Shown one piece after another: positions 21,064 through 31,486 of a DNA stretch of 64,000 nt. Each line of letters begins with the position of its first letter. Positions within the stretch are counted from its first letter, which is position 1. Source of the DNA: Candidatus Eiseniibacteriota bacterium (lineage in GTDB: Bacteria > Eisenbacteria > RBG-16-71-46 > JABDJR01); NCBI GenBank assembly GCA_963783375.1, contig CAWANH010000029.1, positions 864,001-928,000 on the forward strand. The letters are read 5' to 3'. The notes beneath the pieces were generated by a model. That model made no database searches and was not told the DNA's origin. It saw nothing but the letters and a program-made list of their open reading frames with translations. A program made the position numbers and the translations under genes.

Positions 21064-22287
21064 CTACACCTCGTTCCGGCGCAGGGAGACGTTCAAGATG
21101 AACCCCATGAGGGCGAGGGTGGTGACCAGGAAGGTGCCTCCGTAGGAGAGAAAGGGCAGGGGAAGGCCGGTCACCGGGGCCAGACCCAGGGTCATGCTCA
21201 CGTTCACCGCCACGTGGAAGACCAGCATGCCGCAGATCCCCACCACCAGGGTGCTCCCGAACCGGCTTCGCGCCTTGAGCGCGATCCCCAGTCCCCGGTG
21301 GACCAGCACCCCGAACAGGAGGAGCACCACCCCGCAGCCGACAAATCCCCATTCCTCGCCAAGAACGGAAAAAATAAAGTCGGTATGGTTTTGAGGAAGG
21401 AAGCCCAGGCCCTTCTGGGTCCCCTTCAGGTATCCCTGCCCGGTCACCCCTCCCGATCCGATGGCGATCTTGGACTGGATGACCTGGTAGCCCGACTGGG
21501 CCCGGTCCTGCTCGGGGTTCAGGAAGGTCACCACCCGCTGGCGCTGGTAGGGCTTGAGCGAGTTCCACAGGATCGGGGTGGCCGCGGCCACCGCCATGTT
21601 GATGGCCAGCACCGCCACCACCAGGTTCCGCCGGGCCCGGGAGAGGAGGAGGATCACCCCCACCACCAGGAGGTACAGGAGCCAGGCCCAGAGATTCAGG
21701 GAGAGGATCGCGCTCAGGAGCGGCGATCCCAATACCAGGATCACCCCGATGGGGAGCCCGGCCCAGAACAGCATGGGGACCACCGCGGCGGGGATGCTGA
21801 GCGAGGTCCCGAGATCGGGCTCGATGAGGATGAGCACGAAGGGAACGGCGGCGGCGGCGAGAACCGGCGCCATGTGGGTGAGCCGGCGGAGGTCGAAGCG
21901 GGGCCGGCTCAGCATGCGGGCCACGAGGAGAATGGTGGCCAGCTTGGCCAGCTCCGAGGGCTGGAACTGGAATCCCGCGAGGGAGAGCCAGCGGCGCGCC
22001 CCCAGGCTCGTCACCCCCACGACCGGCACCGCCAGAAGCAACACCAGGGACACCGCGTAGAAGAAGTGGCTGTATTCCTCCCAGAACCGGAACGGGATGG
22101 CGGTGACGACAAACAGGACGAGGAGCCCCATACCGAGCCAGGTGATCTGATGGCCGAAGAGCGCCGACTTGGCCGGGCTCATCGGCACCTGGCTGGCCGA
22201 ATACACCAGGACCAGCCCGATGACCAGGAGGGTGGCCATGGTGATGACGAAGCCCCAGTCCATCTGGCGAACCGCGCGGCGGTTCAT
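21064..22287 (-). CDS. rodA: Rod shape-determining SEDS glycosyltransferase RodA
   Basis: FQPSELAK, EPDLGT, HTDFIFSVLGEEWG, TGLPLPFLSYGGT; downstream of mrdA. Confidence 0.96.
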   Translation of the reverse strand: MNRRAVRQMDWGFVITMATLLVIGLVLVYSASQVPMSPAKSALFGHQITWLGMGLLVLFVVTAIPFRFWEEYSHFFYAVSLVLLLAVPVVGVTSLGARRWLSLAGFQFQPSELAKLATILLVARMLSRPRFDLRRLTHMAPVLAAAAVPFVLILIEPDLGTSLSIPAAVVPMLFWAGLPIGVILVLGSPLLSAILSLNLWAWLLYLLVVGVILLLSRARRNLVVAVLAINMAVAAATPILWNSLKPYQRQRVVTFLNPEQDRAQSGYQVIQSKIAIGSGGVTGQGYLKGTQKGLGFLPQNHTDFIFSVLGEEWGFVGCGVVLLLFGVLVHRGLGIALKARSRFGSTLVVGICGMLVFHVAVNVSMTLGLAPVTGLPLPFLSYGGTFLVTTLALMGFILNVSLRRNEV

Positions 22288-22339
22288 CTCCGCCTCCCGC
22301 GCGCCGCCCGACCGGGGACGGCATCGAATCCGTGTCGCA

Positions 22340-24202
22340 TCAGTCGGTCTCCTGAACCCGCACCACCAGCGAGTCGTCCACTCCGAAGTAGGCGGAAAGA
22401 ATGCGCTGGGCCACCGGCGCGGCCACCGAACCTCCGTGGCCCCGGTTCTCCAGGACCACCGCCACCGCCACCTGGGGATCGTCGGCGGGAGCATAGGCGA
22501 GGAAGAGGGCATGGTCGAAACCGGGGTTCTGGGCCGTCCCCGTCTTCCCGGCCACGGTCTCCCCGGGAACGGCGGCGCTTCGCGCGGTTCCCCCCTCCAC
22601 CGCCGCCCTCATCCCCTTGTGGACCTCGGCCACCGCGGCGGGGTCGAGCGGGATCTCGATGTAGCTGGGCGCCAGCGCCGGCGCGGGATAGCGGCGATCG
22701 CGGCGGTCCTCGCCCAGGGCCTTCACCAGGCGCGGCCGGGGGCGCCGCCCCCCGGTGGCCATGACCGCGATGTACTCGGCCAGCTCTATCGGCGTGGCCA
22801 GGACCTCCCCCTGCCCGATGATCAGGTTCAGGGCCACCCCGTGACTCCAGCCGCGCGTCCCGTAACGCCGGTCGAAATACCGCGTGTCCGGGATCAGACC
22901 GGTGCGTTCGCCGGGGAGGTCGACTCCGGTGAGGTCGGCAAAGTGGAAGAGCTCCCCGTAGCGGGCGATCCCGTTCACCCCCAGACTCACCGCGAGCTGG
23001 TAGAAGTACACGTCGCAGGACTGGGCCATGGCCTCGACGTCGGTCAGGGCCCCGTGCCCCGCCCGCTTCCAGCACCGGAAGGTCCGGTTCCCGAAGCGGA
23101 ACCCCCCGAAGCAGGGGCTCAGTTTCTGCCCCGGTTGGATGATCCCCTCGGCCAGGGCCGCGTACAGGGACAGGGGTTTGAACACCGAGCCCGGCGGGTA
23201 CACCGACTGGACGGCGCGATTCAGGAGCGGGGCGCTGGGACGATTCAGGGCGTCCCAGGTCTCCTGGCTCAACGCTCCGGAAAACGTGTTGGGGTCGAAC
23301 CCCGGGCGACTGGCCATGACCAGGACGTCCCCGTTCCGGACGTCCATGAGGACCGCCGCCCCCCGGACCTCGGGGGGATCGCCCCTCCCGTCGTAGCCCG
23401 CCCGATCCAGCGCGTTCTCGGCCACCCGCTGAATCTTGGAGTCCAGGGCGAGGGTCACGTCCCGACCGGGCTTGGGGGGGATGGGCTGGGTGCTCAGGAA
23501 CGCATCGCTCCGGCGCCCGGAGGCGTTCACCTCCACGTAGCGAATCCCGTCCTCGCCCCGGAGCTGGCTCTCGTACTCCTTCTCGATGCCGGTCTGCCCG
23601 ATCAACGAGCCCGGCCGGTATTCCTGCCCCTGAAGGGTCTCCAGCTGCTTGTCCCCCACCTCGCCGGTGTATCCCAGAACGTGGGCGGCCAGGGAGTCGG
23701 CGGGGTAGTACCGGATCGCCTCCACCTCCACCGAGACCCCGGGAAGTTCAGCCCGGTGCTCCTCGACCCGTGCCACCTGGGTCGTGTCGGCGCTTCGCAC
23801 CAGCCGGACCGGGTTGTAGCTCGATACTCGCTCCCGCTTCACCACCTGCCGGTAGTGATCCGGGTCTTCCCCCACCAGATCGGCCAGGCGGACCAGGGTG
23901 GAGTCGAGGCGGCCGGCATGATGGACGAACCCCTTGAAGTGGGGGTCGAAGGTGATGATGAACGAGGGGATCATGTCGGCCAGGACGACCCCGTTCCGAT
24001 CGAGAATACGCCCTCTCGGGCCCGGCACGAACTCAGGCCGCCGCCAGTTCCGGAGCGAGAGGTCCCGGCTCTCCTGGGATGAGAGCACCTGGAGCGAGGC
24101 GAGCCGGGCCAACAGCACCAGCATCACGGCCAGACCCACCAGGCGCAGGACCAGGGCCCGCTCCCGGCGGTCAGCCCCGCCTGACGAGTATCTTCCTCTC
24201 AT
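22340..24202 (-). CDS. mrdA: Penicillin-binding protein 2
   Basis: PPGSVFK (SxxK), SCD, KTGT; in mre operon. Confidence 0.96.
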   Translation of the reverse strand: MRGRYSSGGADRRERALVLRLVGLAVMLVLLARLASLQVLSSQESRDLSLRNWRRPEFVPGPRGRILDRNGVVLADMIPSFIITFDPHFKGFVHHAGRLDSTLVRLADLVGEDPDHYRQVVKRERVSSYNPVRLVRSADTTQVARVEEHRAELPGVSVEVEAIRYYPADSLAAHVLGYTGEVGDKQLETLQGQEYRPGSLIGQTGIEKEYESQLRGEDGIRYVEVNASGRRSDAFLSTQPIPPKPGRDVTLALDSKIQRVAENALDRAGYDGRGDPPEVRGAAVLMDVRNGDVLVMASRPGFDPNTFSGALSQETWDALNRPSAPLLNRAVQSVYPPGSVFKPLSLYAALAEGIIQPGQKLSPCFGGFRFGNRTFRCWKRAGHGALTDVEAMAQSCDVYFYQLAVSLGVNGIARYGELFHFADLTGVDLPGERTGLIPDTRYFDRRYGTRGWSHGVALNLIIGQGEVLATPIELAEYIAVMATGGRRPRPRLVKALGEDRRDRRYPAPALAPSYIEIPLDPAAVAEVHKGMRAAVEGGTARSAAVPGETVAGKTGTAQNPGFDHALFLAYAPADDPQVAVAVVLENRGHGGSVAAPVAQRILSAYFGVDDSLVVRVQETD

Positions 24203-24677
24203 GAAATTTCAATTGCCGGTGGGAAAACCGCTGCACCTCATGGAGCGCGGCGGGCACGAGCGCCGCGGTGAGCATCGAGGAGGGCAGGGTCACACGCGCC
24301 ATGTAGGAGATCAGCCCGTCGATATCGCCTCCCCTCAGAAGAAGGTACACCAAAAGCCCCTGGCCGAGTCCAGCTACCAGGATCGCCAGGCCCTGGGTGA
24401 GTCCCGACTCGCGGTAGACGCTCCGTCCCAGGGAACCGACCGCCCATCCCACCAGGGCCAGGGAGAGCGCGCTCACCCCGATCGGCGTCCCGTAGACCAG
24501 GTCGCGGAACGCGCCGAGAAGAAAGCCGGCGACCGCCCCCACCGGCGGGCGCCGGGCCAGGGCCAGGATGACCGTCATCCCGAGGAGAAAGTCGGGTTGG
24601 ATGGTGAAGCGGCCGAAGAGCGCCAGCCGGAGCCCCTCCAGCGCCAGGGCCAGGGCGAGGACCACCAGGAAGGTCAA
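24171..24677 (-). CDS. mreD: Rod shape-determining protein MreD
   Basis: Hydrophobic, QPDFLL, GAFRDL; between mreC and mrdA. Confidence 0.85.
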   Translation of the reverse strand: MTFLVVLALALALEGLRLALFGRFTIQPDFLLGMTVILALARRPPVGAVAGFLLGAFRDLVYGTPIGVSALSLALVGWAVGSLGRSVYRESGLTQGLAILVAGLGQGLLVYLLLRGGDIDGLISYMARVTLPSSMLTAALVPAALHEVQRFSHRQLKFHERKILVRRG

Positions 24678-25567
24678 CCTCCGACCTCCGCCGAGTCCAT
24701 CGGGGCCTCGCCGGGGAATTCCCCGGGCAGGAAGGGAGTCCCGGTCCCGGGTTGGGGGATGAGCACGAAGGTCTCCTCCAGGCGAAAGAACGACGCGAAG
24801 GGATCGAGCCGGATGTCCTTCAGGAGCCGCTCCGGCGAGTCCCGGACCTCGGCCACCCTTCCCACCGGAAGGCCGGCGGGGAACACCCCCCCCAGGCCGC
24901 TCGAGATTAGGGTGTCCCCCACCGCCACGTCGGACTGAAGGGGGGCCTTGGAGACGCGCAGCCTACCCTCCCCGGGGTCCCACTCCACGATTCCCAGGAC
25001 CCGGCTCCGGGTGTCGCGGACCGAGACCGGGCTGTTCTCGTTCCGGAGGAGACGGATACGGGAGGTCCGGGACGACACCCTTTCGACCACCCCCACCAGT
25101 CCCTCCACCGACACCACCGCCTCGCCGGGAGCGACTCCCTGACGCGAGCCCACGTTGATCCAGGCCATCCCCCGGATCGGATCGCGGTCGAGACCCACCA
25201 CGCGGGCGGGAACCGTCCGATACCGGATGGGGGGCTCGTAGCCGAGCATGGCCCGGAGCCGGGTGTTCTCGCGCTCCGCCTCGCGGAGGCGGGCCAGTTC
25301 GAGCTCCAGCTCCATGACCCGCTTGGATGGACCGCGCGACCGGGTGAACAGGCGGCCGATCTTCAGCGGCTGGGACACCACGGTCAGGATGCCGCCGGCG
25401 ACCGCGTCCACCATCGGCACCAGGACCGGGGGACGCCGAAGCACGGAGACCGAGGTTCCGGCGACCAGGAGCGCCGCGGCCACCAGCACCACCACCAGGG
25501 CGCGGCGGCGGTCGAAGAAGGCCACCACCCGCTGGACCGCCTCGAAGATGATGCTCAGGAAAGGCAT
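24674..25567 (-). CDS. mreC: Rod shape-determining protein MreC
   Basis: ENTRLRAML coiled coil, GLVG, SSGLGGVFPAGLPVG. Confidence 0.94.
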   Translation of the reverse strand: MPFLSIIFEAVQRVVAFFDRRRALVVVLVAAALLVAGTSVSVLRRPPVLVPMVDAVAGGILTVVSQPLKIGRLFTRSRGPSKRVMELELELARLREAERENTRLRAMLGYEPPIRYRTVPARVVGLDRDPIRGMAWINVGSRQGVAPGEAVVSVEGLVGVVERVSSRTSRIRLLRNENSPVSVRDTRSRVLGIVEWDPGEGRLRVSKAPLQSDVAVGDTLISSGLGGVFPAGLPVGRVAEVRDSPERLLKDIRLDPFASFFRLEETFVLIPQPGTGTPFLPGEFPGEAPMDSAEVGG

Positions 25568-25591
25568 GGCGGGGGTCCGGGCTCGGGGGTC

Positions 25592-26626
25592 CTAATCACG
25601 GAACGACTTCATCAAGACCTTTTCGTAGAGTTCCAGGTTCTCCAGCACCTTACCGGTGCCCAGGACCACGCAGAGGAGGGCTTCATCGGCCACCGTGATC
25701 GGCAGGTTGGTGGCTTCGCGCAGGAGGACGTCGAGGCCCCGGAGGAGGCTGCCGCCCCCGGTCATGAGGATCCCCCGGTCCACGATATCCGCGGCCAGCT
25801 CCGGCGGCGTCTGCTCCAGGGACGTGCGGAGCGCCTCCACGATCTGGCTGATCGGCTCCTGGAGGGCCTCCCGGATCTCGGTGGAAGTGACCTTGATCGT
25901 CTTGGGGATGCCTCCGATCAGATCCCGCCCCTTGATCTCCATCTCCTCCTCCTGCTCCAGGGGGAAGGCGGATCCGATGCGGATCTTGATCTGCTCCGCG
26001 GTCTGGTCGCCGATCAGGAGGTTATAGGCGCGCTTGACGTACTGGACGATGGCCTCGTCCATCTTGTCCCCGCCCACCCGGACCGACGTGTCGTGGACGA
26101 TGCCGTTCAGGGTCATCACCGCGATCTCGGTGGTTCCCCCCCCGATGTCGATGACCATGTTCCCGCAGGGCTTGTCCACCGGCAGACCGACCCCGATGGC
26201 CGCGGCGATGGGCTCGGCCACCAGGAGGACTTCCCGGGCCCCCGCGGCCTCGGCCGAGTCGCGCACCGCGCGCTTCTCCACCTCGGTGATGCCGGAAGGG
26301 ACGGCCACGATCACCCGCGGCCGGACCAGGAATTTCCGCTTCTGCACCCGCTGGATGAACTCCCGGATCATGTCCTCGGTCTTTTCGAAGTCGCTGATCA
26401 CTCCGTTCTGGAGCGGGCGCACCGCGATGATCTCCTCGGGGGTGCGACCGAGCATGTCCTTGGCATCCTTGCCCACGGCCAGCACCTTGCCGGTGCCCCG
26501 GTCCACCGCCACCACCGAGGGCTCGTTCAGCACGATTCCCTTGCCCTTGACGTACACCAGGGTGTTGGCCGTGCCCAAATCGATGGCCACATCGGTGGTG
26601 AAGAGGCTCATCACCCGATCGAACAT
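25592..26626 (-). CDS. mreB: Rod shape-determining actin homolog MreB
   Basis: IDLGTANT, EPSVVA, DIGGGTTE, TGGGSLLRG. Confidence 0.98.
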   Translation of the reverse strand: MFDRVMSLFTTDVAIDLGTANTLVYVKGKGIVLNEPSVVAVDRGTGKVLAVGKDAKDMLGRTPEEIIAVRPLQNGVISDFEKTEDMIREFIQRVQKRKFLVRPRVIVAVPSGITEVEKRAVRDSAEAAGAREVLLVAEPIAAAIGVGLPVDKPCGNMVIDIGGGTTEIAVMTLNGIVHDTSVRVGGDKMDEAIVQYVKRAYNLLIGDQTAEQIKIRIGSAFPLEQEEEMEIKGRDLIGGIPKTIKVTSTEIREALQEPISQIVEALRTSLEQTPPELAADIVDRGILMTGGGSLLRGLDVLLREATNLPITVADEALLCVVLGTGKVLENLELYEKVLMKSFRD

Positions 26627-26922
26627 GCCGTGTCGTGTCCTTTCAAATGACCTGGAAGGAGGGAGCCGGAGGCCTGTGGGGTGCCCTCCCCGCCTCCGGT
26701 GGCCCCCCGCGTGGAGCCGCAGGGACGCTAGCAAAGGGCTCGCCAAAGCCACAAGGGGGAAAGCGTTCCGGCGCCCGATCGGCGGAGCGAGTGAGGCCGG
26801 CGCCGCCCCCCCACCGGCGCCGGAGCCCCGGTGGGATATGAGAACGGGGGCCGCGCCTTCCGGCCCGGCCCCCGGTTCGAGGCGCCCGGGGCGGGGGATC
26901 TCCCCCCGCCTCCGGAACGGGA

Positions 26923-28110
26923 TCAGAAGTAGTAGGTCCCGGTGATCGAGGTGAGGGGATAGGCGCTCTTCCCGCTGAAGAGGTAGCCGCCGGTGAACAC
27001 CGCGTCCGGGTTCACGGTGGCGTCCACGTCGAAGTGCTCGAAATGGAGTCCCATCCCGAACCCGAAGAAGTATCGGGAGGACAGGGTGTCCCGGTCCGGA
27101 ACGTTGTCGCCGGGAGCGTTCACCTTGGAGATGTCCACCGTCTTGGTGGCCCCGACCCGGCCGGTCAGCCAGGGATAGACGTCGAACTCCAGGGCGATGA
27201 ACATGGCCGGGAGGTCCCAGCGGGAGAACTCCGCGCTCATCTCGGCCCCGGTGTAGGTCTTCCGCTTCAGGTAGTTGGCCGCCAACCCCATGATGAGGAG
27301 ATCGTTGCCGTTCACCTCGTGCTGGAGGGCGGCGCCCACGTTCAGACGGTTGCTGTAGGTGTCGTCCGCGTCCCCCTGGGCGGTGGCGTCGAGATGCTGG
27401 TAGATCACCACCGGGACCAGCATGTTCCCCTTGCTCATCTGGTTCATCATGCGGGCGCTCAGGCGGTAGGACAGGTTCCCCGCGTCCTCGGTGATGACGT
27501 CTCCGGCGGAGTTGGTCAGCATCCAGGTGATGGAGGTCAGGTCCACGGCCAGTTCGACGTTGTCGGTGGTGCCCACGTCGAACTTGAGCCCTCCGGTCAC
27601 GGAGAGGGAGTTCGTTCCGCCCCCGGTGATCCCGCGGGTGAGCGGTTTCGACTCCGCATCGCCCTGCTTCACCGAGCTGTCCGTCCAACGCAGGGAGAGT
27701 CCGGTGGTCACCTTGCTGAAGTTCTTGGCCCAGGTGAGGTCGATGTCGCTCATCTCCGAGGGGATGGCGTTGTCCTGCTCGTCCCGGACGAAGAACCGGT
27801 CGTAGGTGGCGGCCTGGTTCAGGTAGACCGCAAAGACCCCGTAGGAGGTGTTGTCCCCGGCCCCGATCACCCCGACCGAGTGGTTCCCGAAGGTCTGTCC
27901 GCTGTTGGCGTCCGCGCTACCGAGCGATGCGGTCACCAGGTTCTGGTACCGTGCCGCCACCGTGGGGAAGACGCGGAAGTTGAAGTAGTCCTCCACGTAC
28001 TCGCGCTGGATTCCCAGGGCGTCGAGACGGGCGTCGGACGCGAAGGAAACGCCGGCGGGGAGGACGAAGGCGAGAATCAGAAACGGCATGAGCCAACGGA
28101 ACGATCTCAT
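26923..28110 (-). CDS. Putative outer-membrane beta-barrel protein
   Basis: Signal peptide, alternating amphipathic strands, C-terminal SITGTYYF. Confidence 0.72.
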   Translation of the reverse strand: MRSFRWLMPFLILAFVLPAGVSFASDARLDALGIQREYVEDYFNFRVFPTVAARYQNLVTASLGSADANSGQTFGNHSVGVIGAGDNTSYGVFAVYLNQAATYDRFFVRDEQDNAIPSEMSDIDLTWAKNFSKVTTGLSLRWTDSSVKQGDAESKPLTRGITGGGTNSLSVTGGLKFDVGTTDNVELAVDLTSITWMLTNSAGDVITEDAGNLSYRLSARMMNQMSKGNMLVPVVIYQHLDATAQGDADDTYSNRLNVGAALQHEVNGNDLLIMGLAANYLKRKTYTGAEMSAEFSRWDLPAMFIALEFDVYPWLTGRVGATKTVDISKVNAPGDNVPDRDTLSSRYFFGFGMGLHFEHFDVDATVNPDAVFTGGYLFSGKSAYPLTSITGTYYF

Positions 28111-28232
28111 GTGTGCCCCCTTGTCAGATCCGTGACTTGCGCGGCCGTGCCGGCGGGTCGCGCGTTCCGCCGCTTCCCGAGGGAACCGGGTCTCACTGCG
28201 CTCGTGGATCACCGGGGCCGCTGATCCGGGGC

Positions 28233-28261
28233 AAATTACGACAGGCCAATGGGTTTGTCAA
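28233..28261 (-). promoter_or_regulatory. sigma70 promoter TTGACA-17-TAATTT for the beta-barrel gene
   Basis: Consensus -35 at 28256-28261, -10 at 28233-28238. Confidence 0.7.
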
Positions 28262-28270
28262 TCCGCGGGA

Positions 28271-29116
28271 TCACTGGAGAAGCACCGGTCCGGCCCCCCG
28301 GAACTGGACGAACAGCGCCCGGTCGAAGTCGGGTTCCTCGGACCGGAGCGAGTTCACCCGGACCCGCCCCCGCGCGTGGATGAACCGCCCGTCCGGCAGA
28401 CCGATCCCCACATGGGAGACCTTGGGGTCCGACTCGCCGAAGAACACGAGATGGCCGAGCTGGATCTCGCGCGGATCCCGGTAGATGTAGGTCTCTCGCT
28501 TGAGCCAACGGAACTGGTCCCGGGCATCGCGGGGGAGCTGAACCCCGTGAAGTCCGAAGACGGTCTGCACGAAGCCGGAGCAATCCAGCCCCTTGGCGGT
28601 GACTCCCCCCCACTGGTACGGCACTCCCAGGAACCGGTGGGCGGTCTTCACCAGGGAGGGAATGTCCCGGGGACGCTGGCGGGGACGAAGGGTGGTCCGG
28701 TCGAGGAGAAGGTCGTTGGCGTGGAGATAGCCCTCGGTCTCGTCGGGAAGAAGAACCCGGATCCATTTCCCGGATCGGCCCAGACGCCGCATCCGGGCTC
28801 CCAACGGGGCTTCGCGGAGCGCCAGGCTCCGCCGGGTCGCTTGCTCCCGCACCCGGGCGATCATCGAATCGACTTCCACCAGGGGACCGTTCCGATACGC
28901 GGCGAGTTCCTCCCGGCTCACCGGCTGGGCCGACCAGGATCGCATCCATCCCCGGTAGCCGTCCGGAGTCATCACCTTCAGCCAGAGCCCCCCGTTCCGG
29001 CGGGCCACGACCTCGAGCGGGGTGCCCAGAACCGCCTGGGAGATCTGCTCGGAGGCATGGTCGGGCGTGCGGCGCATCTCCCCCAACCCCTCGTTCACGA
29101 TGACGTAGCCTTTCAT
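28271..29116 (-). CDS. NlpC/P60 (C40) peptidase with two SH3b domains, YkfC-like
   Basis: PYQWGG, DCSG, LPRDA, HVGI, FIHA; no signal peptide. Confidence 0.9.
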   Translation of the reverse strand: MKGYVIVNEGLGEMRRTPDHASEQISQAVLGTPLEVVARRNGGLWLKVMTPDGYRGWMRSWSAQPVSREELAAYRNGPLVEVDSMIARVREQATRRSLALREAPLGARMRRLGRSGKWIRVLLPDETEGYLHANDLLLDRTTLRPRQRPRDIPSLVKTAHRFLGVPYQWGGVTAKGLDCSGFVQTVFGLHGVQLPRDARDQFRWLKRETYIYRDPREIQLGHLVFFGESDPKVSHVGIGLPDGRFIHARGRVRVNSLRSEEPDFDRALFVQFRGAGPVLLQ

Positions 29117-29129
29117 CGAAGCTCCTCGC

Positions 29130-30403
29130 TCAGTTCCGGCCCGATCCCACCATCCGGTATCGGCCGAACCCGTCCGGGTCCTGGAAGACGTAGGTGGCGC
29201 TCCGTGAGTAGTAATACCAGATTTCAGTCGGCGGCCCCGATATTCCGTTGACCGTGCGCTCGATCCGATCGGGGGCCCCGAACCTGATGTAGGTCCGGCC
29301 CATGTCGGAGCGCCACCCCGGCTCCAGGACCCCGAAGTGCTGTTCGGCGTACTCCACCCGGTTCATGAACTTCACCAGGGCCTCGTTCGCGGCAGTCCGG
29401 GGGGCGGGATCGCGCCGGTTCCAGAACCGGGTCCAGAGCACGGCCAGCGAGTCATCGGGGGCGTCCTCCAACTCGCGAAGCTCGGCGTTGGTGGCCACGT
29501 AGCCGAGGACGGTGCGGAGCATTCGGGGGTCCTCGAGAGCGATCCGGGTCTCGTCCACCTGGAACGTGCCCTCGGAGCGGGCGCGCTCCCCCCCAGGCTC
29601 GCCTCGACCTCGAGCCGGTAGCTTCCCCGGTCGAGTCCGGCCAGGGACGGCTCCACCAGGATGAACCCGCGTCCGTTCCGCCGCGGGGCGGAACCGGTCG
29701 AGTCGGCGCGCGTCCGCCCCATCCCGTCCCGGACCGACCAGCGGACGGCGTAGGCGCTGTCGGCCACGCCGGGAATCCCGTCCCGGACCCAGGCCCCTAC
29801 ACAGAGGCCGGCGGTGTCGTCCCCATAGCGGGCGAACGGTCGCGGGAGAACCGGCCCCACCGAGCCCGCCCGGCGGCCGCCGCCGGTGTCGCCGGCGCAC
29901 TCGCCGAAGATCAGATCGGAGACGGCAAGCGGCGTCCCCCGGTAGTCCGGAACGCGGATGGGGAGATCGGCTTCCCCCCGGCGGTCGCTTCCCGGTTGAT
30001 CCACCTCGACATGAAGATCGGCCCGCCCCGGCGGAAGCCTCAACTCCAGATGATCCAGGTAGGCGCCGCCCCCACCGGCCGCCCGCACCGCGGCGTCGCG
30101 AGCGTAGCTCCTCGTCCACTTCCGGGTGATCGTGCTTCCCCCCTCAGCGGCGGTGGCGATGACCAGGACGTGGAGAGTGGACGAATCGGCCTCCACGGAA
30201 CCGGAGGTCGACGCCAGCCCGGCGAGGGGAAAGGCAAGCTCGAGGCGGGTCACCGGGCTCCCCGCGGAGTCGGGATAGGAAATCGTCCGGGTGAGGAAAG
30301 GGAGATTTCCCCGGACCTTGGCTTCGGCGGCGGGAGCGGTCGAAGCCCAACCCAGGATCCCGAGCAGGATCATCGAGGCTCCGGCCGCCGGGATCCGACT
30401 CAT
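29130..30403 (-). pseudogene. GWxTD domain protein split by a frameshift at a G7 run (29588-29594)
   Basis: Signal peptide and N-domain in one frame; FWNRRDP...GWRSDMGRTYIRFGAPD in another; one added G joins them. Confidence 0.75.
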
Positions 30404-31422
30404 CCCCCGATGCGGTACATGCCGCGGCCATCGACCGGGCCGACCGCGCTCCCCTCCCGGATCTGGCCATGGTAGGGGTGCTCTTCCGGTTTCTCGCGCA
30501 CCGCCCGCCGGAACATGGCGGCCAGGTCGGCATCGTCGGCCCCCGCCCGCAGGGCTTCGCGGAAGTCCATCTCGTTCTCGTTCAGGAGACACCCGCGGAG
30601 CTTGCCTTCGGAAGTGAGCCGCACCCGATTGCACCGGGCGCAGAAGTCGCGGTCGGAGATCGGGGAGATGAAGGAGATCCGTCCCCGCCAACCGTCCCCG
30701 GTGAAGGTGCGGGCCGGCCCGCCGTTCGGTGGGGGATCCAGCCCGACGAGCGGATAGCGCGCCTCGATTCGTCCCTTGAGCTCCGCGGTGGGGAGCACCC
30801 GGTCGAGGCTCCACCCGTTCTCCGCGAAGGGCATGAACTCGATGAACCGGATGTCCACCTCCCGGGTCCGGGCCATCTCCACGAAGTCGAAGGCCTCGTC
30901 CTCGGTGGATCCCTTGATGAGGACGGTGTTGATCTTGACCGGGCGGAGGCCGGCCTCGATCGCCGCTTCGATCCCCTCCCGCACCTGAACCAGCCGGTCG
31001 TAGCCGGTGATCGCGGTGAAGCGCTCGCGGACCAGGGTGTCGAGGCTCACGTTCACCCGGTCGAGCCCGGCCGCGGCCAGGTCGCGGGCGTGCCGGGCGA
31101 GGAGGACGGCATTGGTGGTCATGACCAGCTCGTGAAGCCTCGGGCCGCCGTTGTCGACCCGCTTCCGCCGACCCAGGAGCGTAACCAGATCGAGGAGATC
31201 CTTCCGCACCATGGGCTCCCCGCCGGTGAGCCGCACCTTCCGCCAACCCAGGGAGACCGCCGCTCCCACCAGCCGGTCGATCTCCTCGAAGCTCAACACG
31301 TCCTCCCGCTCCACGTGGACGGGGTGTTCGGGCATGCAGTAGGAGCACTTGAGATTGCACCGGTCGGTGACCGAGATGCGGAGATACGTGATCTCCCGAC
31401 CGAAGGGGTCAACCAGGGGCAT
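30400..31422 (-). CDS. moaA: GTP 3',8-cyclase MoaA
   Basis: YLRISVTDRCNLKCSYC, TGGEP, FCARCNRVR...GCL, C-terminal IGG. Confidence 0.97.
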   Translation of the reverse strand: MPLVDPFGREITYLRISVTDRCNLKCSYCMPEHPVHVEREDVLSFEEIDRLVGAAVSLGWRKVRLTGGEPMVRKDLLDLVTLLGRRKRVDNGGPRLHELVMTTNAVLLARHARDLAAAGLDRVNVSLDTLVRERFTAITGYDRLVQVREGIEAAIEAGLRPVKINTVLIKGSTEDEAFDFVEMARTREVDIRFIEFMPFAENGWSLDRVLPTAELKGRIEARYPLVGLDPPPNGGPARTFTGDGWRGRISFISPISDRDFCARCNRVRLTSEGKLRGCLLNENEMDFREALRAGADDADLAAMFRRAVREKPEEHPYHGQIREGSAVGPVDGRGMYRIGG

Positions 31423-31486
31423 CGCACTCTCCTTGCGCCCCGCAGGGCACCCGGCGGGCAAAGAAGGCGGGCGTTTCAGGAAGAGC

